From Oscillospiraceae bacterium (GTDB lineage Bacteria > Bacillota > Clostridia > Oscillospirales > Oscillospiraceae), in assembly GCA_051867615.1 (NCBI GenBank), contig JBJDYU010000013.1, forward strand, positions 4,863-68,862: a stretch of DNA of 64,000 nucleotides, in the 5' to 3' direction. Position numbers and translations under genes: made by a program. The notes below the pieces were generated by a model. The model did no database searches. It was not told the DNA's origin and saw only the letters and a list, made by a program, of their open reading frames with translations. Each line of letters begins with the position of its first letter. Positions within the stretch are counted from its first letter, which is position 1. Of this stretch, positions 1-8,769 are shown piece by piece.

Positions 1-30
1 CACCCGTGCCCCGGTTCCGCAAATTTTTTG

Positions 31-88
31 ATTAAGCCTTGACTTATTTGGACGAGCTGTTATACTGCAATTAAGCTATGACTTAATT
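31..88 (+). promoter_or_regulatory. Putative promoter plus ArsR-type operator pair upstream of arsR-copA
   Basis: TTGACT (39-44), 16-nt spacer, TATACT (61-66). Two direct copies of ATTAAGC-NN-TGACTTA lie at 31-47 and 70-86. The second forms a 7-6-7 inverted repeat AATTAAG/CTTAATT (69-88) just downstream of the -10. Confidence 0.4.
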
Positions 89-113
89 ACAAAGGATAAG
101 GCAGGGATAGCAG

Positions 114-485
114 ATGGAATATATGCCGGTCCTCAGGGTGCTGGCCGACGACACGCGGATGCGGATCGTCACGCTGCTGCTGGCGCACAACTACTGCGTC
201 CGCGCGCTGGCAAGAAAGCTCCATATCTCCGAGGCCGCCGTCTCCCAGCATCTGAAGGTCCTGCGGGAGGCCGGGCTGCTGGAGGGCGAAAAGAAGGGCT
301 ACTTCATGCACTACGGCGTGAACCGCGAGGCCCTGCGGGGCCTGGCGGAGGAGCTGGGGGCGCTGGCCGGGACCGAGTGCAGCGCCTGTTCTCCCGCGCA
401 GGGCGGCTGCGGCACAGCGGAAGCGGCAAAATGCCACAACCAGAAGTGCCGGCCCTGCCACTGCGGAGACGCGGAGGACGACTAA
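114..485 (+). CDS. ArsR/SmtB-family metalloregulator with Cys/His-rich C-terminal tail
   Basis: Winged-HTH signature LADDTRMRIVTLLL...VRALARKLHISEAAVSQHLKVLREAGLL. Tail is CSACSPAQGGCGTAEAAKCHNQKCRPCHCGD. Lies directly upstream of copA. Confidence 0.85.
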   Translation: MEYMPVLRVLADDTRMRIVTLLLAHNYCVRALARKLHISEAAVSQHLKVLREAGLLEGEKKGYFMHYGVNREALRGLAEELGALAGTECSACSPAQGGCGTAEAAKCHNQKCRPCHCGDAEDD

Positions 486-550
486 GACGACGAAACGGAT
501 CAACAGGCGCGGCGGCGAAGCGGCGCGCCGGGCAGGAGGAAAACAGCCAT

Positions 551-3049
551 ATGGCACAGGAAAACTTCATCGTCACGGGGATGACCTGCAGCGCCTGCAG
601 CGCCCACGTGGAAAAGGCGGTGCGCAAGCTCCCCGGCGTCTCCGCCGCCAACGTCAATCTCATGACCGGGGGCATGAGCGTCACCTTTGAAAATCTGGAC
701 AGGCAGGACATCATCGACGCGGTCATCGCCGCGGGCTACGGCTGCGAAAACGCGGGAGAGTCCGCCCGGGAAAAGCGGAGCGAAAGGCAGCAGCAGGAAC
801 TGAAACGGAAGCGGAACAGCCTGCTGCTCTCCATCCTGTTCCTTATCCCGCTGTTCTATCTCGCCATGGGGCACATGATGGGCGCACCCATCCCCGGGGC
901 GCTCCACAGAAATCAGTTCCTCTACGCTCTGGTGCAGCTGATTTTGCTGCTGCCCATCCTCTGGTGGAACCGCAGCTACTTTATCGTGGGCTTCTCCCGC
1001 CTCTTTAGGCTCGCTCCCAACATGGACTCCCTCGTGGCGCTGGGCGCGGCGGCGGGACTTATATACAGCCTGATTGAAATGGCCTCCCTGCCCCACGGCA
1101 TGGGCGAGACCATGCCGGAGCTGTACTTTGAATCCGCCGGCATGATCCTGGCGCTGGTCTCCGTGGGCAAGTACATGGAAAAGCGCTCCAACCTCAAGAC
1201 CACGGAGGCCGTCTCCTCCCTGCTGGCCCTGGCCCCCCAGTCGGCGGTGGTGAAGCGGGAGGGACAGGAGTACACCGTCCCCGTCAGCGAGGTAGCGGCG
1301 GGAGACCTGGTCATCCTCCGCCAGGGCGGCAAGGTGCCGGTAGACGGCACGTTAGTCACCGGACAGGCGGCGGTGGACGAATCCGCCCTGACGGGCGAGA
1401 GCCTGCCGGTGGAAAAGAATCCCGGCGACACCCTGACGGCGGGCACGGTCCTTCGCTGGGGCTACGCAGAAATGGAGGCCAAACGCGTGGGCGCGGACAC
1501 CACCCTCGCCCAGATCGTGCGGCTCATGGAGGAGGCCGCCTCCTCCAAGGCCCCCATCTCCAAGCTGGCCGACCGGGTCAGCGGCGTGTTCGTGCCGGTG
1601 GTCATGTCCATCGCCCTTGTGGCCGCTCTCCTCTGGGGCACCGTGGGCGGCATGGGCGTGAGCTTCGCCCTCTCCATCGGCATCGCGGTGCTGGTGATCT
1701 CCTGCCCCTGCGCGCTGGGGCTTGCGACTCCGGTGGCTATCATGATCGGCACCGGCGCGGCGGCGAAGCAGGGCATCCTCATCAAGTCCGCGGAGAGTCT
1801 GGAGCTGCTGGGCAAGGTGGACGCGGTGGTGCTGGATAAGACCGGCACCGTCACCGAGGGCCGCCCCCAGGTGACGGACGTGCTCACCGCGGACGGCGTG
1901 ACGGAGGAGCGGCTCCTCGTCGCCGCCGCCTCGGTGGAGCAGCTCTCCGAGCATCCTCTGGCGCAGGCCATCCTGCGGGAGGCGGAGCGCCGTGGACTGC
2001 GGCTGCAGGAGGCGGAGGACTTTCAGGCTTCGGCGGGCGGCGGCGTCAGCGCGCGGCTGGGCGAAAAGACCGTGCTCGGCGGCAACCGCCGGCTGATGGA
2101 AGCCAGCGGTGTGGATATCTCCGCCTTTGACGCGGCGGCGGAGGGCTTTGCTTCCAAAGGCAAGACGCCCCTCTATTTCGCCGAAGGGCAGACGCTTCTC
2201 GGCATCATCGGCGTGGCGGACGTGGTCCGCGCCAGCAGCCGCAACGCGCTGGAGGATTTCCGAAGGCTCGGCACGGAGGTGGTGCTGCTCACCGGCGACA
2301 ACCGGCGGACAGCGGACGCCATCGCGAAGGACTTAGGCATCGAAACGGTGTACGCGGAGGTGCTGCCCGCGGACAAGCAGCGCTGCATCACCGACCTGCA
2401 GGCAAAGGGCAGAACCGTGGCCATGATCGGCGACGGCATCAACGACGCGCCGGCCCTCGCCGCGGCGGACGTGGGCGTGGCCATCGGCGCGGGCACGGAT
2501 ATCGCGCTGGAGTCCGCGGACGTGGTGCTGATGAAAAGCGACCTCTCCGACGCGGCGGCGGCCATGCAGCTCTCCCGGGCGGTGCTGAAAAACATCCGGC
2601 AGAACTTGTTCTGGGCGTTTTTCTACAACACCGTGGGCATCCCCATAGCGGCGGGCGCGCTGTATCCCCTGCTGCAGCTGCGGCTGAACCCCATGCTGGC
2701 GGCGGCCGCCATGAGCCTCAGCTCCCTCTGCGTCGTGGGCAACGCCCTGCGTCTGCGGCGCTGGAAGCCCTCTCTCACCCACACATACCGGGAGGAAGTC
2801 CCGGAGGAAAATACAACGTCTCACAAGGAGGAAACGAAGGATATGAGCAATGTGCAGACCGTGAAGATCGAAGGCATGATGTGCAGCCACTGCTCCGGCC
2901 GCGTGGAAAAGGCCCTGAACGCCATCGAGGGCGTGCAGGCCACGGTGGATCTCGCCGCCGGCACCGCCACCGTCCGGGGCGAGGCCAGCGCCGAGGCGCT
3001 GCGCAAGGCCGTGGAGGACGCGGGCTACACCGTACTCTCCGTGGAGTAA
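551..3049 (+). CDS. copA: Copper-translocating P1B-type ATPase with N- and C-terminal HMA domains
   Basis: N-terminal GMTCSACS, transmembrane CPC (SCPCALG), DKTGT, GDGINDAP, and a second HMA (GMMCSHCSGRVEKAL) at the C-terminus. ATG at 551 follows AGGAGG at 534-539. The track ORF start at 377 is a run-on overlapping arsR. Confidence 0.93.
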   Translation: MAQENFIVTGMTCSACSAHVEKAVRKLPGVSAANVNLMTGGMSVTFENLDRQDIIDAVIAAGYGCENAGESAREKRSERQQQELKRKRNSLLLSILFLIPLFYLAMGHMMGAPIPGALHRNQFLYALVQLILLLPILWWNRSYFIVGFSRLFRLAPNMDSLVALGAAAGLIYSLIEMASLPHGMGETMPELYFESAGMILALVSVGKYMEKRSNLKTTEAVSSLLALAPQSAVVKREGQEYTVPVSEVAAGDLVILRQGGKVPVDGTLVTGQAAVDESALTGESLPVEKNPGDTLTAGTVLRWGYAEMEAKRVGADTTLAQIVRLMEEAASSKAPISKLADRVSGVFVPVVMSIALVAALLWGTVGGMGVSFALSIGIAVLVISCPCALGLATPVAIMIGTGAAAKQGILIKSAESLELLGKVDAVVLDKTGTVTEGRPQVTDVLTADGVTEERLLVAAASVEQLSEHPLAQAILREAERRGLRLQEAEDFQASAGGGVSARLGEKTVLGGNRRLMEASGVDISAFDAAAEGFASKGKTPLYFAEGQTLLGIIGVADVVRASSRNALEDFRRLGTEVVLLTGDNRRTADAIAKDLGIETVYAEVLPADKQRCITDLQAKGRTVAMIGDGINDAPALAAADVGVAIGAGTDIALESADVVLMKSDLSDAAAAMQLSRAVLKNIRQNLFWAFFYNTVGIPIAAGALYPLLQLRLNPMLAAAAMSLSSLCVVGNALRLRRWKPSLTHTYREEVPEENTTSHKEETKDMSNVQTVKIEGMMCSHCSGRVEKALNAIEGVQATVDLAAGTATVRGEASAEALRKAVEDAGYTVLSVE

Positions 3050-3070
3050 ACACTGAGAAACGGCAAAAGG

Positions 3071-3097
3071 AGCGGCGGGGCCTGTGGCCCCGCCGCT
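3071..3097. terminator. Hairpin between convergent copA and ABC-2 permease
   Basis: AGCGGCGGGGCC-TGT-GGCCCCGCCGCT, a perfect 12-bp stem. Weak T-tract. Confidence 0.5.
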
Positions 3098-3124
3098 CTC
3101 ATTTCATGCTCTCCGCGCAGCGTT

Positions 3125-3910
3125 TCAGCGGATATCCTTTTTACTGTATTTCCAGTAGGCCGCCGCCACGCCCAGCAGCGCGTACAGCATACCGAGGCCC
3201 ACCAGTACCGCATCCAGACTGCCGTTTTCCACGATGTCCGCCCCCTCCGTATAGGCAAAGGGCGTCACATACTGCAGAAATTCCGCGCTTTCGGAGATAT
3301 TGGCGATGATGCTGAGAAAATACATCACGGCGGCAAGGCCCAGCCCCACGCCGAGACCGCCCCGGCGCAGGAAGGCCGAAATGCCGAAGCAGACGCCCGC
3401 CAGCTCCACCTGCATAAGGAAGTAGGCCAGGTGCATCAGCGCCAGCTCCTTCCAGGGCAGCTCCTCTCCGATGGCGGCGACGGAGGCGATGGCGAGGCCG
3501 AACACCAGGGCGTTCAGCAGCACGATCTGGAGCAGCACCGCCGCCAGCTTCCCGGTGATGACGCGCCAGCGGCTGACGGGATGCGTCAGCAGGAATTCCG
3601 CCGTCCGGTCCTTTTCCTCCTTCGCCAGGGCGGAAACGGCGACGAGGGAGGCGAAGAACGCACCGCCCAGCCCCAGGATATTGCCGCACTCCACCGCGTA
3701 AAAGCCGGTGAGCGTACCGAAGCTGAGCCTATCCATGCCGAAGGCCGCCGAGAAGGAACCCATGGAGGCGAACATCTCCGTCACGATGTCCATCTCGCCC
3801 TTCATCTCGGGAAAGAGGAAGATGCAGACCGCCATCAGAAAGCCGATGGAAACGGTCCAGACGGCGAGGGCCTTTCCGCCCTGCCGCAGCTCATGCCTGA
3901 TGAGCGTCAT
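3125..3910 (-). CDS. ABC-2 family transporter permease
   Basis: Multi-TM protein starting MTLIRHELRQGGKALAVW. ATGA overlap with the upstream ATPase stop (3907-3910). The track start at 4006 is a run-on. Confidence 0.8.
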   Translation of the reverse strand: MTLIRHELRQGGKALAVWTVSIGFLMAVCIFLFPEMKGEMDIVTEMFASMGSFSAAFGMDRLSFGTLTGFYAVECGNILGLGGAFFASLVAVSALAKEEKDRTAEFLLTHPVSRWRVITGKLAAVLLQIVLLNALVFGLAIASVAAIGEELPWKELALMHLAYFLMQVELAGVCFGISAFLRRGGLGVGLGLAAVMYFLSIIANISESAEFLQYVTPFAYTEGADIVENGSLDAVLVGLGMLYALLGVAAAYWKYSKKDIR

Positions 3911-4788
3911 TTTGCTTCGCCCCCTTCCGTATAGTAATGGAGGAAGATTTCCTCCAGATCCGGCTCCGCCACGGAGAGGTCCGTCACCTGCCCCTGCGAG
4001 AGGCACCGCACCAGCTCGTCCATGCCACCGCCATAGAGGAAGCTCACGCCGCCGTCCAGCTCCTGCCGGTCCCGCACGTCCGCCAGCCGCCCGATATCCA
4101 CGCTGCCGTGGACGGTGACGCGCTTGGCGCTGGTGCGGGAAAGCGCCTCCACGCTGTCGCAGGCGATGAGCCTGCCCTCGCGGATGATGGCCGCCCGCCG
4201 ACAGTGGCGCTGGATCTCCGAAAGCACATGGCTGGAGAGAAACACAGTGGCCCCCGCCTGGTTGCGCTCCCGCAGAATGGCGAAGAACTCCCGCTGCATC
4301 AGCGGGTCGAGACCGCTGGTGGGCTCATCCAGCACCAAAAGCTCCGGCTCGTGCTGCAAAGCGCATACGATGGCAGCCTTCTTGCGGTTGCCGAAGGACA
4401 GCTCCTCCACCCTGCGGCCGGTATCCAGCTGCAGCCTGTCGCAGAGGCGCTTCGCCTCGGCGCCGCAGTCGCGCCTGCGCAGGTCCGCCGAGAGCTTCAG
4501 CACGTCCCGCACCCGCATACCGGCGTAAAACGCGGCCTCGGAGGGCAGATATCCCACGCGCTGCAAAATGTGCTGTTTGTCCTTTACGATGTCCCGGCCC
4601 AAAACCGACGCGCTGCCGCCGCTGGGAGAGATCAGCCCCAGCAGCGTGCGGATGGTAGTGCTTTTGCCCGCCCCGTTGGGGCCGATGAAGCCGAAGAATT
4701 CGCCCTCCGCCACGGTCAGGTTCAGGTCGATGACGCCCCGGGCCTTGCCGTAATACTTGGTAAGGCCCTCTGTTCTGATGGCGTCCAT
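3907..4788 (-). CDS. ABC transporter ATP-binding protein
   Basis: Walker A GPNGAGKST, signature LSFGNRKK, Walker B LLVLDEPTSGLD. ATG at 4788 follows GGAGGAG; an alternative GTG is at 4794. Confidence 0.9.
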   Translation of the reverse strand: MDAIRTEGLTKYYGKARGVIDLNLTVAEGEFFGFIGPNGAGKSTTIRTLLGLISPSGGSASVLGRDIVKDKQHILQRVGYLPSEAAFYAGMRVRDVLKLSADLRRRDCGAEAKRLCDRLQLDTGRRVEELSFGNRKKAAIVCALQHEPELLVLDEPTSGLDPLMQREFFAILRERNQAGATVFLSSHVLSEIQRHCRRAAIIREGRLIACDSVEALSRTSAKRVTVHGSVDIGRLADVRDRQELDGGVSFLYGGGMDELVRCLSQGQVTDLSVAEPDLEEIFLHYYTEGGEAK

Positions 4789-4790
4789 AC

Positions 4791-5405
4791 TCACTCCTCC
4801 TTTCTCAGATAGACCGACTTCCAGAATGCCAGCATTCTGGTGAAATCCTGTTCCATTTTCTCCACATCCACGTCCCCACGCTGCACCATTTCCCAGAGAT
4901 AGCCCTCGGAGGCCCAGTACATATCCCGGTACATCATTTCGATATCCAGTCCCGGCACGAACTGCGCCGGGTCCAGATTCAGCAGGGTGGAACTGGCCTT
5001 GAAGGAAAAATATTTCTGATAGCTCGCCTGAATGGCGGCGCAGATCTCCGGGTCCTTTTCGTAGAAGGCCCGGATGGTGAAAAAAGCCATATGGGGATAC
5101 TGCCGGGTGATCTCCATCTTGGCCCGCATCCCCCGCTCCATGCTCTCGAACAGGTCCTTCTGGGCGTAGCAGTCGTATTTCTTCAGGTGTTCAATGGTGA
5201 TCTGCGCGCACTTTTCCCAGAGGAACAGGTACAGCTCCTTCTTGTTGCGAAAGTAGTGGAACAGCAGGGACTTGCTGATGCCCGCCGCGTCCGCGATCTC
5301 GCTCATGGGGCTTTTCTTGTAGGAGTTCTGGGAGAACACCCGGTAGCCCGCGTTCAGGATCGCCTGCTGCTTTTCCGCCGGGAGGGAGAAGAATTTTTCA
5401 TTCAT
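4791..5405 (-). CDS. TetR/AcrR-family transcriptional regulator
   Basis: HTH MSEIADAAGISKSLLFHYFRNKKELY. ATG at 5405 is preceded by GGAGG. First gene of the TetR-ABC operon. Confidence 0.88.
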   Translation of the reverse strand: MNEKFFSLPAEKQQAILNAGYRVFSQNSYKKSPMSEIADAAGISKSLLFHYFRNKKELYLFLWEKCAQITIEHLKKYDCYAQKDLFESMERGMRAKMEITRQYPHMAFFTIRAFYEKDPEICAAIQASYQKYFSFKASSTLLNLDPAQFVPGLDIEMMYRDMYWASEGYLWEMVQRGDVDVEKMEQDFTRMLAFWKSVYLRKEE

Positions 5406-5428
5406 AGCGCCGCCTCCGTTAACCGCTT

Positions 5429-5458
5429 CGGTCAAATACCATTATACTTCGTTGACCG
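5429..5458. promoter_or_regulatory. Candidate TetR operator spanning the -10 of its own promoter
   Basis: Inverted repeat CGGTCAA-N16-TTGACCG enclosing a minus-strand TATAAT (5441-5446). Confidence 0.45.
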
Positions 5459-5507
5459 TTTTTGAGAAGACCCCTCCTGAAAAATAATTGCCGCAGCACC
5501 GGCGCGC

Positions 5508-5535
5508 AAAAAAGATCCGGGCCTTAGCCCGGATG
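5508..5535 (-). terminator. Rho-independent terminator after folD
   Basis: On the minus strand: ATCCGGGC-TAAG-GCCCGGAT followed by CTTTTTTG. Confidence 0.7.
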
Positions 5536-5562
5536 CTTTTCTTCTTTATGTCGCCGCGCCGG

Positions 5563-6408
5563 TCATTCCAGGCCCTGGTGCCTCTTGGACGCGGAGAGAA
5601 TGTTCCGCATGAGCATGGCCCGGGTCATGGGGCCCACGCCGCCGGGCACGGGGGTGATATAGGAGGCCTTCTTCTCCACCTCGTCGAACACCACGTCGCC
5701 GGTGAAGGAGCCGGTCTCCGGGTCGCGGTTCATGGCCACGTCGATGACCACCGCGCCCTCCTTCACCATGTCGCCGGTGATGAGGTTGCGCTGGCCCGCC
5801 GCCACCACCAGCACGTCCGCCTGACGGGTCATAGCCGCCAGATCCTTCGTCTTACTGTGGCAGAAGATGACCGTGGCGTGCTCCCGCAGCATGAGCAGGC
5901 CCATGGGCTTGCCCACAATATTGCTGCGGCCCACCATGACGCAGGTCTTGCCGGTGAGGCTGATGCCATTGGCGCGGAACATCTCCATGATGCCGCCGGG
6001 GGTGCAGGGCCAGAGGTAGGGCTCGCCCACGATCATACGGCCCACGTTCTCGGGATGGAAGGCGTCCACGTCCTTGTCCGGACGGATGGCTTCCAGCACG
6101 CGGCGCTCGTTGATGCCCGCGGGCAGGGGCAGCTGCACCAGAATGCCGTCGGTAAGGGGATCGTTGTTCAGGCGCTCGATCAGCGCCAGCAGCTCCTCCT
6201 CGCCGCAGTCGTCCATGCGATAGGTCTGACCGGAGAAGCCGCACTGCACGCAGTCCTTCTCCTTGTTGCGGACATAGACCTGGCTGGCGGGGTCTTCGCC
6301 CACCAGGATCACCGCGAGACCCGGTCTGCGCCGCAGCGACGCCGCCTCGTTCTTGATCTGCATACGCATCTCCTGCGCCAGCTTCTTTCCGTCGATCAAA
6401 ATTGCCAT
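5563..6408 (-). CDS. folD: Bifunctional methylenetetrahydrofolate dehydrogenase/cyclohydrolase
   Basis: MAILIDGKKLA...VILVGEDPASQVYVRNKEK...PGGVGPMT. AAGGAG RBS. Confidence 0.95.
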   Translation of the reverse strand: MAILIDGKKLAQEMRMQIKNEAASLRRRPGLAVILVGEDPASQVYVRNKEKDCVQCGFSGQTYRMDDCGEEELLALIERLNNDPLTDGILVQLPLPAGINERRVLEAIRPDKDVDAFHPENVGRMIVGEPYLWPCTPGGIMEMFRANGISLTGKTCVMVGRSNIVGKPMGLLMLREHATVIFCHSKTKDLAAMTRQADVLVVAAGQRNLITGDMVKEGAVVIDVAMNRDPETGSFTGDVVFDEVEKKASYITPVPGGVGPMTRAMLMRNILSASKRHQGLE

Positions 6409-6437
6409 CAGGTTCTCTCCTTTTCCTCTGTATCTTT

Positions 6438-7421
6438 TTATTCGGTATCTTTATCTTCCGCTTGCGCCGCATCGTCCGCGGCGCCGTCAACACAGTCCAA
6501 AGGCTCTCCTTCGTCCGGCGAGCCCGGCTCTGCCGCAGCGGCGCTCTCCGCCGCGAGCCTTGCCTTCTGCCGCACCAGCATCTGCTCCGGGTCGCAGGGC
6601 CGCAGCTTCAGGTGGTACAGCAGCATACAGGCGGAAAGGCACACCAGCGCCACGCTCAGCGCCTGCGAGACGCGGATGGGCTGGCCGAACAGCGTCCAGT
6701 CAAAGAGGTACAGGCTGTCCGACCGGAGGCCCTCCACCCAGGTGCGGCCCACGCCGTACCAGAGGAAGTAAAACCAGGTGTTCTCGCCGTCGAAGCGGCG
6801 GCCTTTGGACACCACGAACACGAGCAGCGCCAGGCCCAGCAGGTTCCACAGGCTCTCATACAGGAAGGTGGGATGCACCTCGATATACTGATAGGCGGAG
6901 ACCCAGAGCCGCATCCGCCAGGGCAGCGTGGTCTCCGCGCCGAAGGCCTCCCGGTTCATGAAGTTGCCCCAGCGGCCCACGGCCTGTCCGATGAGCAGGC
7001 CCATGACGCACAGGTCCGTCATGGCCCCCATGGGGATCTTCCTTTTCCGGCAGAACAGAAACGCCACCAGCATACAGGCGATGATGGTGCCGTATATGGC
7101 GAGGCCGCCGTCCCACAGCGCCACCATCTTTCCGAAGTTGGGGCTGCCGTCCGCGTTCTGGAAGCGGGAGTAGTAGAAGATGACATAGTACAGCCGCGCT
7201 CCCACGATGCCCGCGGGGATCTCCCAGATGATCATGTCGTACACGTCATCCTCCGTCAGGCCGTACCGCGCCGCCCGTTTGGAGCAGAACAGCAGCGCCA
7301 GCAGCAATCCCGCCGCGATGAGGATCCCGTACCAGTAGACGTGCTTCTCCCCGATGGAGAAGCAGACGGGCGAGGCGGTGAACTCCCAGTCCCCAAAGAG
7401 GCCGGGGAAGCTGATGGGCAT
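6438..7421 (-). CDS. lgt: Prolipoprotein diacylglyceryl transferase with acidic C-terminal tail
   Basis: YWYGILIAAG, GRWGNFMNREAFG and multi-TM layout. ATG at 7421; an alternative TTG at 7439 is the track start. Confidence 0.88.
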   Translation of the reverse strand: MPISFPGLFGDWEFTASPVCFSIGEKHVYWYGILIAAGLLLALLFCSKRAARYGLTEDDVYDMIIWEIPAGIVGARLYYVIFYYSRFQNADGSPNFGKMVALWDGGLAIYGTIIACMLVAFLFCRKRKIPMGAMTDLCVMGLLIGQAVGRWGNFMNREAFGAETTLPWRMRLWVSAYQYIEVHPTFLYESLWNLLGLALLVFVVSKGRRFDGENTWFYFLWYGVGRTWVEGLRSDSLYLFDWTLFGQPIRVSQALSVALVCLSACMLLYHLKLRPCDPEQMLVRQKARLAAESAAAAEPGSPDEGEPLDCVDGAADDAAQAEDKDTE

Positions 7422-7489
7422 ATTCTTCAGTGCCGTCAATGCTTGTCACATCCTTTTTCGCTGAAACTCATTTCTTCCGGCGGCCGCTC

Positions 7490-8767
7490 TCAGGCGCTCT
7501 CCGCCGGGCAGATCACGGACAGGGCGCAGCGCTCCTCCGTGAGATTCTCCTCAATAAACCGCCGCACGTCTTCCACCGTGATGCCGCGGTACAGCTCCGC
7601 GAAACGGTAGGCGTCGTAGCCGCGGAAATACCCCTCCGTCAGCAGCAGGGCGATGTTTTCAAAGGAGTTGAAGCCCCGGAGGGTCTCGCCGTAATTCCCC
7701 CGGAGGATCTTCTGAAAGCGCTCGCTGTCCACGCCCTCCTTAACCACACGCCGCGCCTCCTGCAAAATGGCGTCGCGCACCGCGCGGGGGGCCTTGCTGT
7801 CGCCCCCGGCGTAGAGCACGGCGGAGCCGCTGAGGATATCAAACCCTCCGCCGAAGCCGGCGTTGATGAGCCCCTCGGTATAGAGGCGGTTGAACAGCGG
7901 GCTGGAATCTCCGAGAAGGATGTCGCAGGCAAGCTCCCCTACGAGAGACTCCCGCAGCTCCGCCTCGCCCTCCTGCGGCGGGCAGCACTTGAAGCCCACG
8001 AGAAAGCTGGGCTGCGAGACCTCCATGCAGCGGCTGCGCTCCCGCTCCGCCGCGCAGGGCGGCTCCTCGCCGCCATAGTCCCGCTCCGCCGCCTCGCCGC
8101 CGCGCTCCGGCAGCACTTCCCGGGCGATGGCGCAGATGCGCTCCGGCTCCACGGCGCCCACCACCACGAGGATCATGTTGGAGGGGGTGTAGAACATACG
8201 GTGGCAGTCGTACAGCGTCTCCGCCGTGATGCGGGCGATGCTCTCCACCGAGCCCGCCACGGGCACCCGCACGGGATGACTCTGATACAAACACTGCATC
8301 AGCTGCTCATAGACCTGCCACTCGGGGTTATCCTCCACCATACGGATCTCCTGTCCGATGATGCCCCGCTCCTTCTCCACGCTCTCCTCCGTGAAATACG
8401 GAACGGAGACGAAGGACAGCAGGATGCGCAGGTTCTCCTCGAAATGCTCGGTGGAATCGAAGTAATAGGCCGTCATGGCGTTGGAGGTGAAGGCGTTGGG
8501 TTCGGCCCCGTTCTTCGCCAGCTCCTGCATGGCGTTGCCCTCCTCCGTGTCAAACATCTTATGCTCGAGATAGTGGGCGATGCCGGCGGGCGTGTCCATG
8601 AATTCTCCGCCGATGCGAAAGCGCATATCCATGCCGCCGTAGCGGGTGGCAAACAAAGCGTAGGACTTGGCGTAGCCCTCTTTCGGCACCACCGCCACCT
8701 GCAGGCCGTTGGGAAGCGTCTCGCGGTAGACCGTCTCCCCGATCTCAGGGTATATGTCCTTTCTCAT
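7490..8767 (-). CDS. M16-family zinc peptidase (active subunit)
   Basis: Inverted zinc motif HYLEHKMF (HxxEH). ATG at 8767 (MRKDIYPEIG), 3 nt after the stop of the upstream paralog. The track start at 8998 is a run-on. Confidence 0.85.
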   Translation of the reverse strand: MRKDIYPEIGETVYRETLPNGLQVAVVPKEGYAKSYALFATRYGGMDMRFRIGGEFMDTPAGIAHYLEHKMFDTEEGNAMQELAKNGAEPNAFTSNAMTAYYFDSTEHFEENLRILLSFVSVPYFTEESVEKERGIIGQEIRMVEDNPEWQVYEQLMQCLYQSHPVRVPVAGSVESIARITAETLYDCHRMFYTPSNMILVVVGAVEPERICAIAREVLPERGGEAAERDYGGEEPPCAAERERSRCMEVSQPSFLVGFKCCPPQEGEAELRESLVGELACDILLGDSSPLFNRLYTEGLINAGFGGGFDILSGSAVLYAGGDSKAPRAVRDAILQEARRVVKEGVDSERFQKILRGNYGETLRGFNSFENIALLLTEGYFRGYDAYRFAELYRGITVEDVRRFIEENLTEERCALSVICPAESA

Positions 8768-8769
8768 GC

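Noticed and set aside
377-550. N-terminal 58-aa extension of copA in the ORF track (start at 377)
   Set aside because: It overlaps the 3' end of arsR in another frame and is Arg/Gly-rich. The canonical CopA N-terminus MAQENFIVTGMTCSACS begins at the ATG at 551, downstream of AGGAGG.
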